Virus record (IMG/VR): IMGVR_UViG_3300031576_000027
Coordinates: 46,962 to 78,961 of that record
Strand: one strand, 5' to 3'
DNA length: 32,000 nucleotides
Origin: a virus
Of this stretch, positions 1 to 7,197 are shown piece after piece (position 1 is the stretch's first letter; every line of letters starts with the position of its first letter). The position numbers and the translations under genes were made by a program. The notes beneath the pieces were generated by a model. The model was not told where the DNA came from. It saw nothing but the letters and a program-made list of their open reading frames with translations, and did no database searches.

Positions 1-1
1 G

Positions 2-457
2 CGGTCGCGCCAGCAGCAGCGCGACGCGGCGCCGGCACAGCCCGCGCCTGCCCCGACCGAGGAGGCTGGTGCCGCAGAGGCCGAGTGGCAGGACCCCGGA
101 CCGGACGGCCAGGAGCCCCCGCCTGGCGCCCTGGCCGCGGACGACCCGGACGAGGACTTCATCGCCCCGCCTGTCGCCGGGGTCAACGTTCTTGACGGGC
201 CCGAGGAGATCCGCGACAAGCTGCTGGCGTCGATCGCGGCGCTCAAGGACGAGCGGGCTGCGCGCGGGTGGGCGCACGCCAACAAGGCGCTGTACGACAG
301 CCTGTCCGCCCACAAGGGCATGCAGCAGGGGATCGCCCAGGCGCTGGTCGTCAAACAGCGGGAGATCGCCGGCTTCACCGGACAGACCGCGGCGGCCAAG
401 GGACGCAAAAAAGGGACCCAGGGCACGCTGGGCGGGGACGACAAGGGCGGGACGTGA
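2..457 (+). CDS. Partial CDS (3' end; start lies upstream of the window), hypothetical protein
   Basis: The frame is open from the window edge to TGA 455-457 with high GC3. It translates to ...DEDFIAPPVAGVNVLDGPEEIRDKLLASIAALKDERAARGWAHANKALYDSL.... The stop overlaps the next start (GTGA at 454-457). It is absent from the ORF track only because no start codon lies in the window. Confidence 0.5.
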   Translation, partial: RSRQQQRDAAPAQPAPAPTEEAGAAEAEWQDPGPDGQEPPPGALAADDPDEDFIAPPVAGVNVLDGPEEIRDKLLASIAALKDERAARGWAHANKALYDSLSAHKGMQQGIAQALVVKQREIAGFTGQTAAAKGRKKGTQGTLGGDDKGGT

Positions 458-882
458 AACTGGATGGGGTGGACTACCACGGCCTGGTAGGCGGCCAGGT
501 CGTGGTGGTCTACGGCGCGCGGCAGGACGACCTGAACCCGCGCTGGGATCTGGCGTGTCACTCGCCGGCCGGGTTCGGGTGGGGCTACGGCGGCAGCGGC
601 CCGGCACAGCTGGCGCTTGGCCTGGCATCCGATGTCCTGCATCGGACGTCCGCGCCGCATCCCAGGTGCCGGGCGGCCGTGCGTCGCAGGGCCGAACAAC
701 GATGGGACGCCATCTACTGTCCGGCCTGCCGGGAGGCGTCGCGGTTGCACCAGTACATCAAGGCCAGGATGGTCGCGCCGCTGCCGCAAGGAGTAGGCTG
801 GACGATGGCGGCCACCGATATCCTGGCCGCAATCACCGAAGCCGTCTTGGCCCATCCTGCCCCACCGCACGCAGACGAATGA
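454..882 (+). CDS. Conserved phage hypothetical protein with a GFGWGYGGSGPAQLALGLA motif (DUF6166-like by recollection)
   Basis: GTG 454 overlaps the upstream stop. The motif PAGFGWGYGGSGPAQLALGLASDVL is followed by CPAC. The stop overlaps the next ATG (ATGA 879-882). Confidence 0.6.
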   Translation: MKLDGVDYHGLVGGQVVVVYGARQDDLNPRWDLACHSPAGFGWGYGGSGPAQLALGLASDVLHRTSAPHPRCRAAVRRRAEQRWDAIYCPACREASRLHQYIKARMVAPLPQGVGWTMAATDILAAITEAVLAHPAPPHADE

Positions 883-1136
883 CCGAGCGCCGCGCCATGC
901 TGCTCCAGGCCGTCCGGCGGTCCCGAATCCGCCGGGACATGGCGGCGTGTCAGCAGGCGCTGGAGCGCGTCCATGAGCGGGGTGAATGGGCTGCGGGCCG
1001 GGTGGTAGACCTGTCCAACTGGGCCAGTCGCGGGCGGTGGCGGAATGGCGACGGCTGGGTCAACCTGCCCGCCCACGTCCCCGGCGAGCCCGATACCAGC
1101 ATGATCGACCTTGACGCCGTTTTTTTCGGCGCGTAG
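879..1136 (+). CDS. Hypothetical protein
   Basis: ATG 879 sits in an ATGA overlap with the upstream stop. GC3 is high. It ends at TAG 1134-1136, before a 165-nt non-coding gap. Confidence 0.5.
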   Translation: MTERRAMLLQAVRRSRIRRDMAACQQALERVHERGEWAAGRVVDLSNWASRGRWRNGDGWVNLPAHVPGEPDTSMIDLDAVFFGA

Positions 1137-1172
1137 AAGACGCAGCGTGCGCGCAACCATGTGGAGCAAGTT

Positions 1173-1294
1173 GATCCAACCCTAACGACCCATCTACTTC
1201 CCAACCCGGCCCGGCGTCACACCCGGTCGGTCAGCTCCGTGGGCGCGCACGCCTCTAGGGTTAGGATCCCGGGCGCGCCGGGTCCGGGTTGGGG
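1173..1294. promoter_or_regulatory. Interleaved imperfect inverted repeats with AACCC/GGGTT cores, upstream of the replisome-organizer gene (operator or origin-like)
   Basis: A1 gatccaaccctaac (1173-1186) pairs with A2 ctagggttaggatc (1255-1268). B1 cccaacccggcccgg (1200-1214) pairs with B2 ccgggtccgggttgggg (1278-1294). Each pair matches apart from a 1-nt indel. The order is A1-B1-A2-B2. Confidence 0.4.
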
Positions 1295-1303
1295 TTTCTC
1301 CCA

Positions 1304-2200
1304 ATGCCCGCTCCTCTCCGTTGGTGCAAGTTGTGGTTCGACATCCTGGAGGACTCCAGGACATGCGACCTGCCACCTGATCACTTCAAAGCGTGGATCG
1401 CCTGCCTGATACTGGCCGGCGAGAACCGGATGTGCGGTTGGTTTGAGCCGCGCCTGTTTGCTTGGCGCCTGCGCCTGGCGGACCCTGGCCCCACGCTGGC
1501 CGCCCTGGTGGACCGTGGACTGGTCACCATGACAGCCGACCCACCACGGATCACGGTGGTGCAGTGGAAAAGCCGGCAAGGCGGCGTGGCGCGCAGTGCC
1601 GCGTTCCGTAACGGGTTCTCGGTCGGTGTGACGGACGTAAAACGTCGGCGCGACGGCAGTGCAACGCCTGTGTCACGTAAGAGGGAGAGGGAGAGGGAGA
1701 GGAAGATAGTACAGCAAGAGGTACTACCTTCGTCGCAGCCTGCGGCTGCGACCCGACGCGAACCCAGCCAGGAGGCCCGGGATGTCGCCTGCTATCTGGA
1801 ACAGGCGATCCTGTCCCACAGCCCGACCGTCAAGACCCGGCCAGACCTGTGGGCGCGCGAGATCGACCTGGCCATCCGTGTGGACGGCCGGACACCCGAA
1901 CAGCTGCGGCGGGTGGTGGACTGCGCGCACCGCAGCACCACGGACACCTTCTGGCGCTCCAACCTGCTGTCGGGCATGAAGTTGCGCGAAAAATTCGACG
2001 TGTTGTGGGTCCGCGCGAATGCGGGCGCCAAGCCGGCGGCCAGCGGTTACCGCGGGGTGGGGCCACGGGAGATCATGGAAATGGCGCGCCAGTCGCGCGC
2101 CCAGGAGGAGGCGGCAGGTGACCAAGACGGACGGACTGGAGATCGCGGCAATGCTGAGGGCGCTGTATCCCAACGGAAACTTCCCATCGGAGACGGCTGA
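1304..2200 (+). CDS. Replisome organizer / replication initiation protein (Phage_rep_org_N-like N-terminus, DnaD-like C-terminus)
   Basis: The N-terminus LRWCKLWFDILEDSRTCDLPPDHFKAWIACLILAGENRMCGW...ITVVQWKSRQ fits the W-x-K-x-D-x-F-x-D...W...LAG...W-x-K-x-Q pattern of replisome organizers. The C-terminus contains TPEQLRRVVDCAHRSTTDTFWRSNLLSGMKLREKFDVLW. ATG 1304 is preferred over TTG 1289. Confidence 0.7.
   Translation: MPAPLRWCKLWFDILEDSRTCDLPPDHFKAWIACLILAGENRMCGWFEPRLFAWRLRLADPGPTLAALVDRGLVTMTADPPRITVVQWKSRQGGVARSAAFRNGFSVGVTDVKRRRDGSATPVSRKRERERERKIVQQEVLPSSQPAAATRREPSQEARDVACYLEQAILSHSPTVKTRPDLWAREIDLAIRVDGRTPEQLRRVVDCAHRSTTDTFWRSNLLSGMKLREKFDVLWVRANAGAKPAASGYRGVGPREIMEMARQSRAQEEAAGDQDGRTGDRGNAEGAVSQRKLPIGDG
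1679..1705. repeat. Hexanucleotide (GAGGGA)n microsatellite inside the replisome-organizer gene
   Basis: The sequence is aagagggagagggagagggagaggaag, encoding the RERERERK linker. It lies in a locally lower-GC stretch (about 1620-1735) with short hairpins (gacgtaaaacgtc; tagtacagcaagaggtacta). Confidence 0.8.
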
Positions 2201-3233
2201 CCTGTACGCGAGCCTGATCGGTGATCTGGACCGCCAGGCGGTGATCCGGGCGATCCGGCGGCGCGTGCTGTCCGACCCGTCCGGCTTCATGCCGACGATC
2301 GGGGAGATCCGGCAGGCCGTGGCCGCTGACCGGGTGCAGCTGCCGGACCCGGAGATGGCCTGGGGGATCGTCCTGGCCGAGATCCGGCGGACCGGCTACT
2401 CGGGCACACCGGCCTTCGCGGACACCGCGATCGCGGACGCGGTCAAGATCATGGGCTGGGCCGACCTGTGCTCCAGCGACAACCAGGTGGCGGACCGCGC
2501 GCACTTCCTGCGGATCTACGGCGCGGTGAGGGACCGCGCCATCCAGGCGGCCAATCTCGCCGGGCGTCCGGACCTCGCGCTGCCGGCCCTGCAACAAAGG
2601 AGAACGCCAAATGCTAGAGACGGACACGTGCAGGCACTGCGCACGCCTGTTGCCAGTCCTGCAACGAAGGAACCCGAACCGATTGTACTGCAGCCAGGCA
2701 TGCAGCCGGGCAGTCCAGAAAGCGCGCTGGCACGAGAGGAACCCGAAGTCAATCAGACCCCGCACGACGGTGGGGACGATTCACGAACTGGTTGTGGCGA
2801 CCGCGTTGCTTCGTCAAGGGTGGGACGTGTTCTTGGCCCTCGGGCAGACGGCATCAGCGGACCTGGTTGCGGTGGGCGGGCGGATACGGCTAACGATCGA
2901 AGTTCGTACCGCCCAGCGGAAAGCGAGCGGCGGCTTGTCGTGGACGAAGAACGGACCAGACAGGGCGAAGCCGGACCACTACGCGGCCGTGGCGAAAGAT
3001 GGCACGATTCTATACGAGCCACCGTTGCCAACGTTAGCCGGGCGCTAAATGCGACGAGAGGAAATGAGGCCGCCACCAAGCCCGAGCCCGATCCGCCGCG
3101 CGCAGCCACGGGGCAGCAGTCAACGAATTCGGGTAAGTCCTGGGCGGATCCCGGAGGGCCGTTGCCGGCAGACGTCGTGGACCAGGCGAACGCGCGGGCC
3201 AAGGCCGTATCTGGCACGGATGGTGCGCCGTGA
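2118..3233 (+). CDS. G39P-like helicase loader ORF; the recognisable domain covers only about 2118-2590 and the rest of the ORF reads through an embedded foreign segment
   Basis: GTG 2118 follows aggaggaggcggcag. LEIAAMLRALYPNGNFPSETADLYASLIGDLDRQAVIRAIRRRVLSDPSGFMPTIGEIRQA fits the 'loader and inhibitor of G40P' pattern. GC3 is about 92% up to about 2590 and about 50% over 2611-3048. The stop TGA 3231-3233 overlaps GTG 3230 of the next gene. Confidence 0.45.
   Translation: MTKTDGLEIAAMLRALYPNGNFPSETADLYASLIGDLDRQAVIRAIRRRVLSDPSGFMPTIGEIRQAVAADRVQLPDPEMAWGIVLAEIRRTGYSGTPAFADTAIADAVKIMGWADLCSSDNQVADRAHFLRIYGAVRDRAIQAANLAGRPDLALPALQQRRTPNARDGHVQALRTPVASPATKEPEPIVLQPGMQPGSPESALAREEPEVNQTPHDGGDDSRTGCGDRVASSRVGRVLGPRADGISGPGCGGRADTANDRSSYRPAESERRLVVDEERTRQGEAGPLRGRGERWHDSIRATVANVSRALNATRGNEAATKPEPDPPRAATGQQSTNSGKSWADPGGPLPADVVDQANARAKAVSGTDGAP
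2590..3060 (+). mobile_element. Possible inserted mobile segment (free-standing or intron-like homing endonuclease cassette) within the loader ORF
   Basis: Codon bias and GC content change abruptly at about 2590 and about 3050. The segment carries its own RBS and a nuclease ORF in a different frame from the surrounding ORF. Confidence 0.3.
2611..3048 (+). CDS. Zinc-finger + PD-(D/E)XK endonuclease (Hjc / I-Ssp6803I-like, homing-endonuclease-like)
   Basis: A strong RBS (caaaggagaacgccaaATG) precedes the start. The N-terminus has CRHC...YCSQAC. The nuclease core is GTIHELVVATALLRQGWDVF...ADLVAVGGRIRLTIEVRT (E...D...E-x-R/K). GC3 is about 76% in this frame against about 50% in the overlapping host frame. 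Confidence 0.7.
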   Translation: MLETDTCRHCARLLPVLQRRNPNRLYCSQACSRAVQKARWHERNPKSIRPRTTVGTIHELVVATALLRQGWDVFLALGQTASADLVAVGGRIRLTIEVRTAQRKASGGLSWTKNGPDRAKPDHYAAVAKDGTILYEPPLPTLAGR

Positions 3234-3436
3234 TCATGAGCGGCCTGGTGATCCTGTCGGTCGGGGCCAATCTGGTCCTGTTGGGGCAGTGGATCCGGTC
3301 GCTGGACCGGGCGGCGCGGATCAGGGCGCTGGAGGACGAACTGGAGCGCCACGAGGTGTTGGCGGCCCTGGGGGCGGACGCTGGCGTCAGGCCGTTTCAA
3401 GTCCTGCGGGTGAGGTCAACGGTGATCGAACGATGA
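3230..3436 (+). CDS. Small membrane protein (one N-terminal TM helix plus a coiled-coil-like tail)
   Basis: GTG 3230 sits in a GTGA overlap (ATG 3236 is an alternative start). The hydrophobic stretch is SGLVILSVGANLVLLGQW. The stop overlaps the next ATG (ATGA 3433-3436). Confidence 0.55.
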   Translation: MIMSGLVILSVGANLVLLGQWIRSLDRAARIRALEDELERHEVLAALGADAGVRPFQVLRVRSTVIER

Positions 3437-3900
3437 ACCAGACGCGGATCAAGGTTGCGACCGGGTTCGCACTGCGAATCGGCAGCGGGTTTGCCGTAGT
3501 TGCTGTCCTGGCGACGCGCGGCGCCGAGATGGGTGCGGCGGCGGGCATGCTGGTGTCGTTGTGGGTGGCCGGCGTGATGGTCGAGGCCCACGACTACCTG
3601 ATGGCGCTGGTCCGCAAGGATCACCTGCGGGTGCCGCGACCGCCGCGCTACGGCGATCCGATCATGCTGGACCCGGACGCCTCGGCGCAACTGCGCGCCC
3701 TGGACGCCGAGCATGCCGCGATCAACGCCTCGATCCAGGGACTGGCAGACCGCATGACCACCGTGATCCAGCGGCGGCAGCAGTGGTGGGATGTGGTGTG
3801 CCTGCGGCACAAGTTGGATCCGCAGATGGACTGGACCGCGCTGCCGACCGCGGACGGCCAGTACGTGGTCCGACAGGAGATCCCGGGGGACAAGCCGTGA
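3433..3900 (+). CDS. Hypothetical membrane protein (two predicted TM helices)
   Basis: ATG 3433 sits in an ATGA overlap. The hydrophobic segments are FALRIGSGFAVVAVLA and AAAGMLVSLWVAGVMV. The stop overlaps the next GTG (3897). Confidence 0.55.
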   Translation: MNQTRIKVATGFALRIGSGFAVVAVLATRGAEMGAAAGMLVSLWVAGVMVEAHDYLMALVRKDHLRVPRPPRYGDPIMLDPDASAQLRALDAEHAAINASIQGLADRMTTVIQRRQQWWDVVCLRHKLDPQMDWTALPTADGQYVVRQEIPGDKP

Positions 3901-4271
3901 GCAAGCGCGACAGCACCAAACGGCCCCAAAGCTACGCCGTCTGCCAGGCGCGGAAGTGCCGGGCCCGGGCCACATGCTTCACTGGAGATGGCCCACTGTG
4001 CGAGCCACACGCACTGGCCATGGGCTACAGCTTCACCGACCAACCGGTGGACCTGCAGGCGGCGCGGCACCAGCGCGACAAGGCAACGACCCTGCGGACG
4101 CTGTCCAACGCCCTGACGGCGGCCGAGTATGCCGTCGTGGACCTGAGCGCCGCGGTCCGGGTCGTCGCGCTGGGCGAGGATGCCAGCCTAGGCGGCCACG
4201 TGATCCGCGCCCGCGAGCGCCTGCAGGGCGCGCTGGACATGCTGGAGGGCCGCCGGCATGGCGCGGGCTGA
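3897..4271 (+). CDS. Hypothetical protein (N-terminal Cys/His cluster)
   Basis: GTG 3897 sits in a GTGA overlap. The cluster is CQARKCRARATCFTGDGPLCEPH. GC3 is high. Confidence 0.5.
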   Translation: MSKRDSTKRPQSYAVCQARKCRARATCFTGDGPLCEPHALAMGYSFTDQPVDLQAARHQRDKATTLRTLSNALTAAEYAVVDLSAAVRVVALGEDASLGGHVIRARERLQGALDMLEGRRHGAG

Positions 4272-4449
4272 CGATCCCAAGGAAGCGGCAGAGCAGGCGG
4301 CGCATCGCGTGCGCCTGGCCAAGCAGGCCGTCCACCAGCAGGACTGGCACGAGGCCATCCGCTGGCTGGAGGACGCGGCGACGGCCTGCCGGGACGTGCT
4401 GTACCTGCAGGACCAGCGGCGAATCAAGAACGCGGAGACCAAGCCATGA
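4258..4449 (+). CDS. Hypothetical small helical protein
   Basis: ATG 4258 overlaps the upstream 3' end by 14 nt. The stop overlaps the next ATG (ATGA 4446-4449). Confidence 0.45.
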   Translation: MARADDPKEAAEQAAHRVRLAKQAVHQQDWHEAIRWLEDAATACRDVLYLQDQRRIKNAETKP

Positions 4450-4811
4450 CCGACCTGATCTTGCCGGCACCCGCCGGCTATCGCGAAGTCCGGGCGCCAG
4501 GTGGATGGCCGCAACGCGCCTACCGGCGCATGGACGGGCTGGTGGTGATCGTGTCGGCCAATGTCGAGCGCGACGGCCGGACCTGGCTGCACGTCAGCCT
4601 GTCGCGGGCAAGCAAGCTGCCGAGTTGGTCCGACCTGCGTGCGGTCAAGAACGCCTTCATCGGTCCCGAGAAGATGGCGGTGCAGGTGCTGCCGCGCGAG
4701 GCCGAGTACGTGAACCTGCACCCGTTCACGTTGCACCTGTGGCACTGCCAGGACACGGACCCCGTCCCCGACTTCCGGGTGGACGCGCCGGGACTGGGGA
4801 AGACGCTGTGA
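4446..4811 (+). CDS. Conserved phage hypothetical protein
   Basis: ATGA overlap at the start. WLHVSLSRASKLPSWSDLRAVKNAFIGPEKMAVQVLPREAEYVNLHPFTLHLW resembles a recurrent phage family of unknown function. Confidence 0.55.
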   Translation: MTDLILPAPAGYREVRAPGGWPQRAYRRMDGLVVIVSANVERDGRTWLHVSLSRASKLPSWSDLRAVKNAFIGPEKMAVQVLPREAEYVNLHPFTLHLWHCQDTDPVPDFRVDAPGLGKTL

Positions 4812-5161
4812 GCACCAAGCCAGGCAGCGCGATGCCGAACGAGATGGCCCTGTGGGATCGGCTGCTGTCCGTCGTCTGGAACTGCCACCCCGAGCATGTC
4901 CACGCCGTGCGCAAGTTCTTCTTCACGCGCGGCTACGGGACCAACCTGCACCGTGGGCGGCGCAGCTACAGCGCCACGGATGACATCCGACAGCCCAAGT
5001 GCGAGCCGACGTGCCTGTGCTTGCTGATCCAGATGTCGTCGGCGCGCGGTCACGTCGTGCAGCAGATCCAGGGACATCAGAAGATCCACCCCACGCTGCA
5101 GGAACGCTGCACCGTCTGCCAGGCCATCGGGCAGCTGACCATCGAGGCGCTGGCGAAATGA
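4808..5161 (+). CDS. Hypothetical protein
   Basis: GTG 4808 sits in a GTGA overlap (ATG at MPNEMALW is an alternative start). The stop overlaps the next ATG (5158). Confidence 0.45.
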   Translation: MSTKPGSAMPNEMALWDRLLSVVWNCHPEHVHAVRKFFFTRGYGTNLHRGRRSYSATDDIRQPKCEPTCLCLLIQMSSARGHVVQQIQGHQKIHPTLQERCTVCQAIGQLTIEALAK

Positions 5162-5658
5162 GCGCGCTGTTCGATGACGTCGGCAAAGGCGCCGTGTTGG
5201 ACCCGACCGGCCGGTACCGGTTCCAGTTGTGGCGCCTGTGGGGCGCGGGGCAGCGCATCGGCTGGATCGGTTTGAACCCGAGCGTTGCGGATGCCAGCAA
5301 GGACGACCCAACCATCCGCCGCATGGTGCGTTTCGCGCGCGACTGGGGATACGACGGCATCACCGTCGTCAACCTGTTCCCGCTGCGGGCAACCGATCCG
5401 CGGCAGCTACAAGAGCACGCCCTGCCCGAGGACGTCCGCCGGGCCAACCTGGAGCACATCCTGGCAGCGGCGGCCCAGTGCCCCATGCTGATCGCAGCCT
5501 GGGGGGTGCGCGGCGGCCTGGACCAGACCGACACGGTCACGAGGATGCGACTGCGCGAAGCCGGGCGCGGGCTGTGGTGTCTGCGCAAGACCAAGGCCGG
5601 GCATCCAGAGCACCCGTTGTACGTGCCGGCCAACACCAAACCGCAGGTGTTCGCGTGA
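5158..5658 (+). CDS. DUF1643 family protein (UDG-superfamily-like fold by pattern)
   Basis: RYRFQLWRLWGAGQRIGWIGLNPSVADASKDDPTIRRMVRFARDWGYDGITVVNLFPLRATDP...AAWG...HPLY matches the DUF1643 signature. There are ATGA overlaps at both ends. Confidence 0.7.
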   Translation: MSALFDDVGKGAVLDPTGRYRFQLWRLWGAGQRIGWIGLNPSVADASKDDPTIRRMVRFARDWGYDGITVVNLFPLRATDPRQLQEHALPEDVRRANLEHILAAAAQCPMLIAAWGVRGGLDQTDTVTRMRLREAGRGLWCLRKTKAGHPEHPLYVPANTKPQVFA

Positions 5659-5660
5659 CC

Positions 5661-6455
5661 ATGCCGCAGAAGGTGCCAGGCCGGGTGCCCTTCGGTCGCC
5701 CACGCGATCGCGTGCCCCGCATGCCGGACATGCGGACGAGGCAGGACCGGCAGGCAGCTAAGGCGGTAGTGGCGCTGGGAGCCAAACCGGCCTGCGATGT
5801 CTGCGGGCGGACCTTCCCGTCGCTGGGCGCCGTCAACAACCACCGCGGGCGCTGGGTCTGCCAGGTCACGATCGCGGACCAGCAGTTGCGCCAGGACGGC
5901 TGGGTGCCGTGCCCTGAGCACGGCGCGCTGCCCGGGATCCGGTGGACGATCTACTGGCGCGGCTGGCTGCAGGCGGACTTCCCAGCTGGGCCCCGCGTCC
6001 GCCGCAACAAAGGCGGCACCCAGTTGTGGGTCACGGGCGTGGGCGAGGATCCTGCCGATGTCGCCTGGGGGATCCGGGTGCTGATGCTGCGACAGACCGC
6101 AGACCGGCTGTCGCGCCAGATCAGGAACAACTGGGCCACGCCAAACAGGCTGCCGACCCGCTGGGAGATGAACGCCCTGTACCACGATGCGGAGCCGATC
6201 AACGCGACACCGGACCCCATCACACCCTGCCGTTCGGCGTTGTCCCGCATGGCCCCGAATGGGCGTGGTGGCGAGGCTGTGAACGAGATCGTGGAGGCAG
6301 TCTACCCGCTGCGTTTGGGGCAGGCCGGCCTTGGTGGCCTGGTCCCACCGCCCGAGGCGTGGCACCAATGCCTGGACCTGCTGGACGGCTTCCGTAAGGT
6401 GCTGCGCCGTGCGGCGCCGCGCGGGAGCGAGGATCTGGAGGACGACGAGACATGA
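5661..6455 (+). CDS. Hypothetical protein with a C2H2/C2HC-like zinc-finger motif
   Basis: Start is ATG 5661 (GTG 5655 in a GTGA overlap is an alternative). The motif is CDVCGRTFPSLGAVNNHRGRWVC. The stop overlaps the next ATG (6452). Confidence 0.5.
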   Translation: MPQKVPGRVPFGRPRDRVPRMPDMRTRQDRQAAKAVVALGAKPACDVCGRTFPSLGAVNNHRGRWVCQVTIADQQLRQDGWVPCPEHGALPGIRWTIYWRGWLQADFPAGPRVRRNKGGTQLWVTGVGEDPADVAWGIRVLMLRQTADRLSRQIRNNWATPNRLPTRWEMNALYHDAEPINATPDPITPCRSALSRMAPNGRGGEAVNEIVEAVYPLRLGQAGLGGLVPPPEAWHQCLDLLDGFRKVLRRAAPRGSEDLEDDET

Positions 6456-6685
6456 GCATGCCGATGGACCGACAGCGCCGCTACTACCTGCGGCACGACC
6501 TGGGCTGGGACATCCCGCACGAACGCGCGGTGTCGGGCGCGCGAGAACGCGCAGAACAGGACGAGGCGCGCAGGGTGGCCGGATCGTGCCTGTGCGGTTG
6601 CCCAAGGCTTGCGCATCCGCACGCGCGCGCATGCGGCATCTGCGGTGTCGGTCGCTGCCCAGCCTACATGGAGGCCGGCACGTGA
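6452..6685 (+). CDS. Small Cys/His-rich protein
   Basis: ATGA overlap at the start. The Cys/His stretch is CLCGCPRLAHPHARACGICGVGRCPAY. The stop shares a base with ATG 6685. Confidence 0.45.
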   Translation: MSMPMDRQRRYYLRHDLGWDIPHERAVSGARERAEQDEARRVAGSCLCGCPRLAHPHARACGICGVGRCPAYMEAGT

Positions 6686-7197
6686 TGTTCCGCGTCCTGA
6701 TCCCCGGCGATCCCGTCCCGCAGGGCCGCGGCCGGATCGTGCGCATCAAGGGCTTCGCGCGGATCGCGGACCCGTCCCGCAGTCGCAACTGGAAGGCGAT
6801 GGCGCAGTGGCACATGGCCAAGGCGATGTCGGACGCGCAGATCCGGGCGCCGCTGCAGGGCCCGCTGGAAGTCACGATCGAAGCCGTGCTGCGCTGCCCC
6901 AAGACCGACCACCGCAAGCGCGCACCACAGCCGCGGCGGTGGCACCAGGGGCGGCTCGACAGCGACAACCTGGCCAAGTCGGCTCTGGATGCCGGCAACG
7001 CCGTGCTGTGGATGGACGACGGCCAGGTGGCCGTGCTGCGTGTTCGCAAGATCATCGGACGCCAGGGCGAGGCGCCGCACCTGCTGATGCTGGTGCGCGA
7101 ACTGCCGGCCGTGCCGCACGACGAAGGTACGCCCAAGGAATGCAGCTGCAAGGAACGCCCGGGCGGATACTGCCCGGCACACGGGAGCCCACCCTGA
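6685..7197 (+). CDS. rusA: RusA-family Holliday junction resolvase (endodeoxyribonuclease RusA)
   Basis: IPGDPVPQGRGRIV...LEVTIEAVL...GRLDSDNLAKSALDAGNAVLWMDDGQVAVLRVRK shows the typical RusA motifs (PxxKxRPR-like, DxDN, DDxQ). The stop shares a base with ATG 7197. Confidence 0.8.
   Translation: MFRVLIPGDPVPQGRGRIVRIKGFARIADPSRSRNWKAMAQWHMAKAMSDAQIRAPLQGPLEVTIEAVLRCPKTDHRKRAPQPRRWHQGRLDSDNLAKSALDAGNAVLWMDDGQVAVLRVRKIIGRQGEAPHLLMLVRELPAVPHDEGTPKECSCKERPGGYCPAHGSPP

Noticed and set aside
69-1136. Long alternative-frame + strand ORFs (69-1136, 3791-5161, 5229-6455 5' part, 7568-9571, 21805-23052, 28446-29465, 30543-31703)
   Set aside because: Only the 3' portions of some are real genes, starting at internal ATG/GTG codons that overlap upstream stops. 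The rest are off-frame readings of genes with clear domain content and give Arg/Gly/Pro-rich pseudo-proteins.
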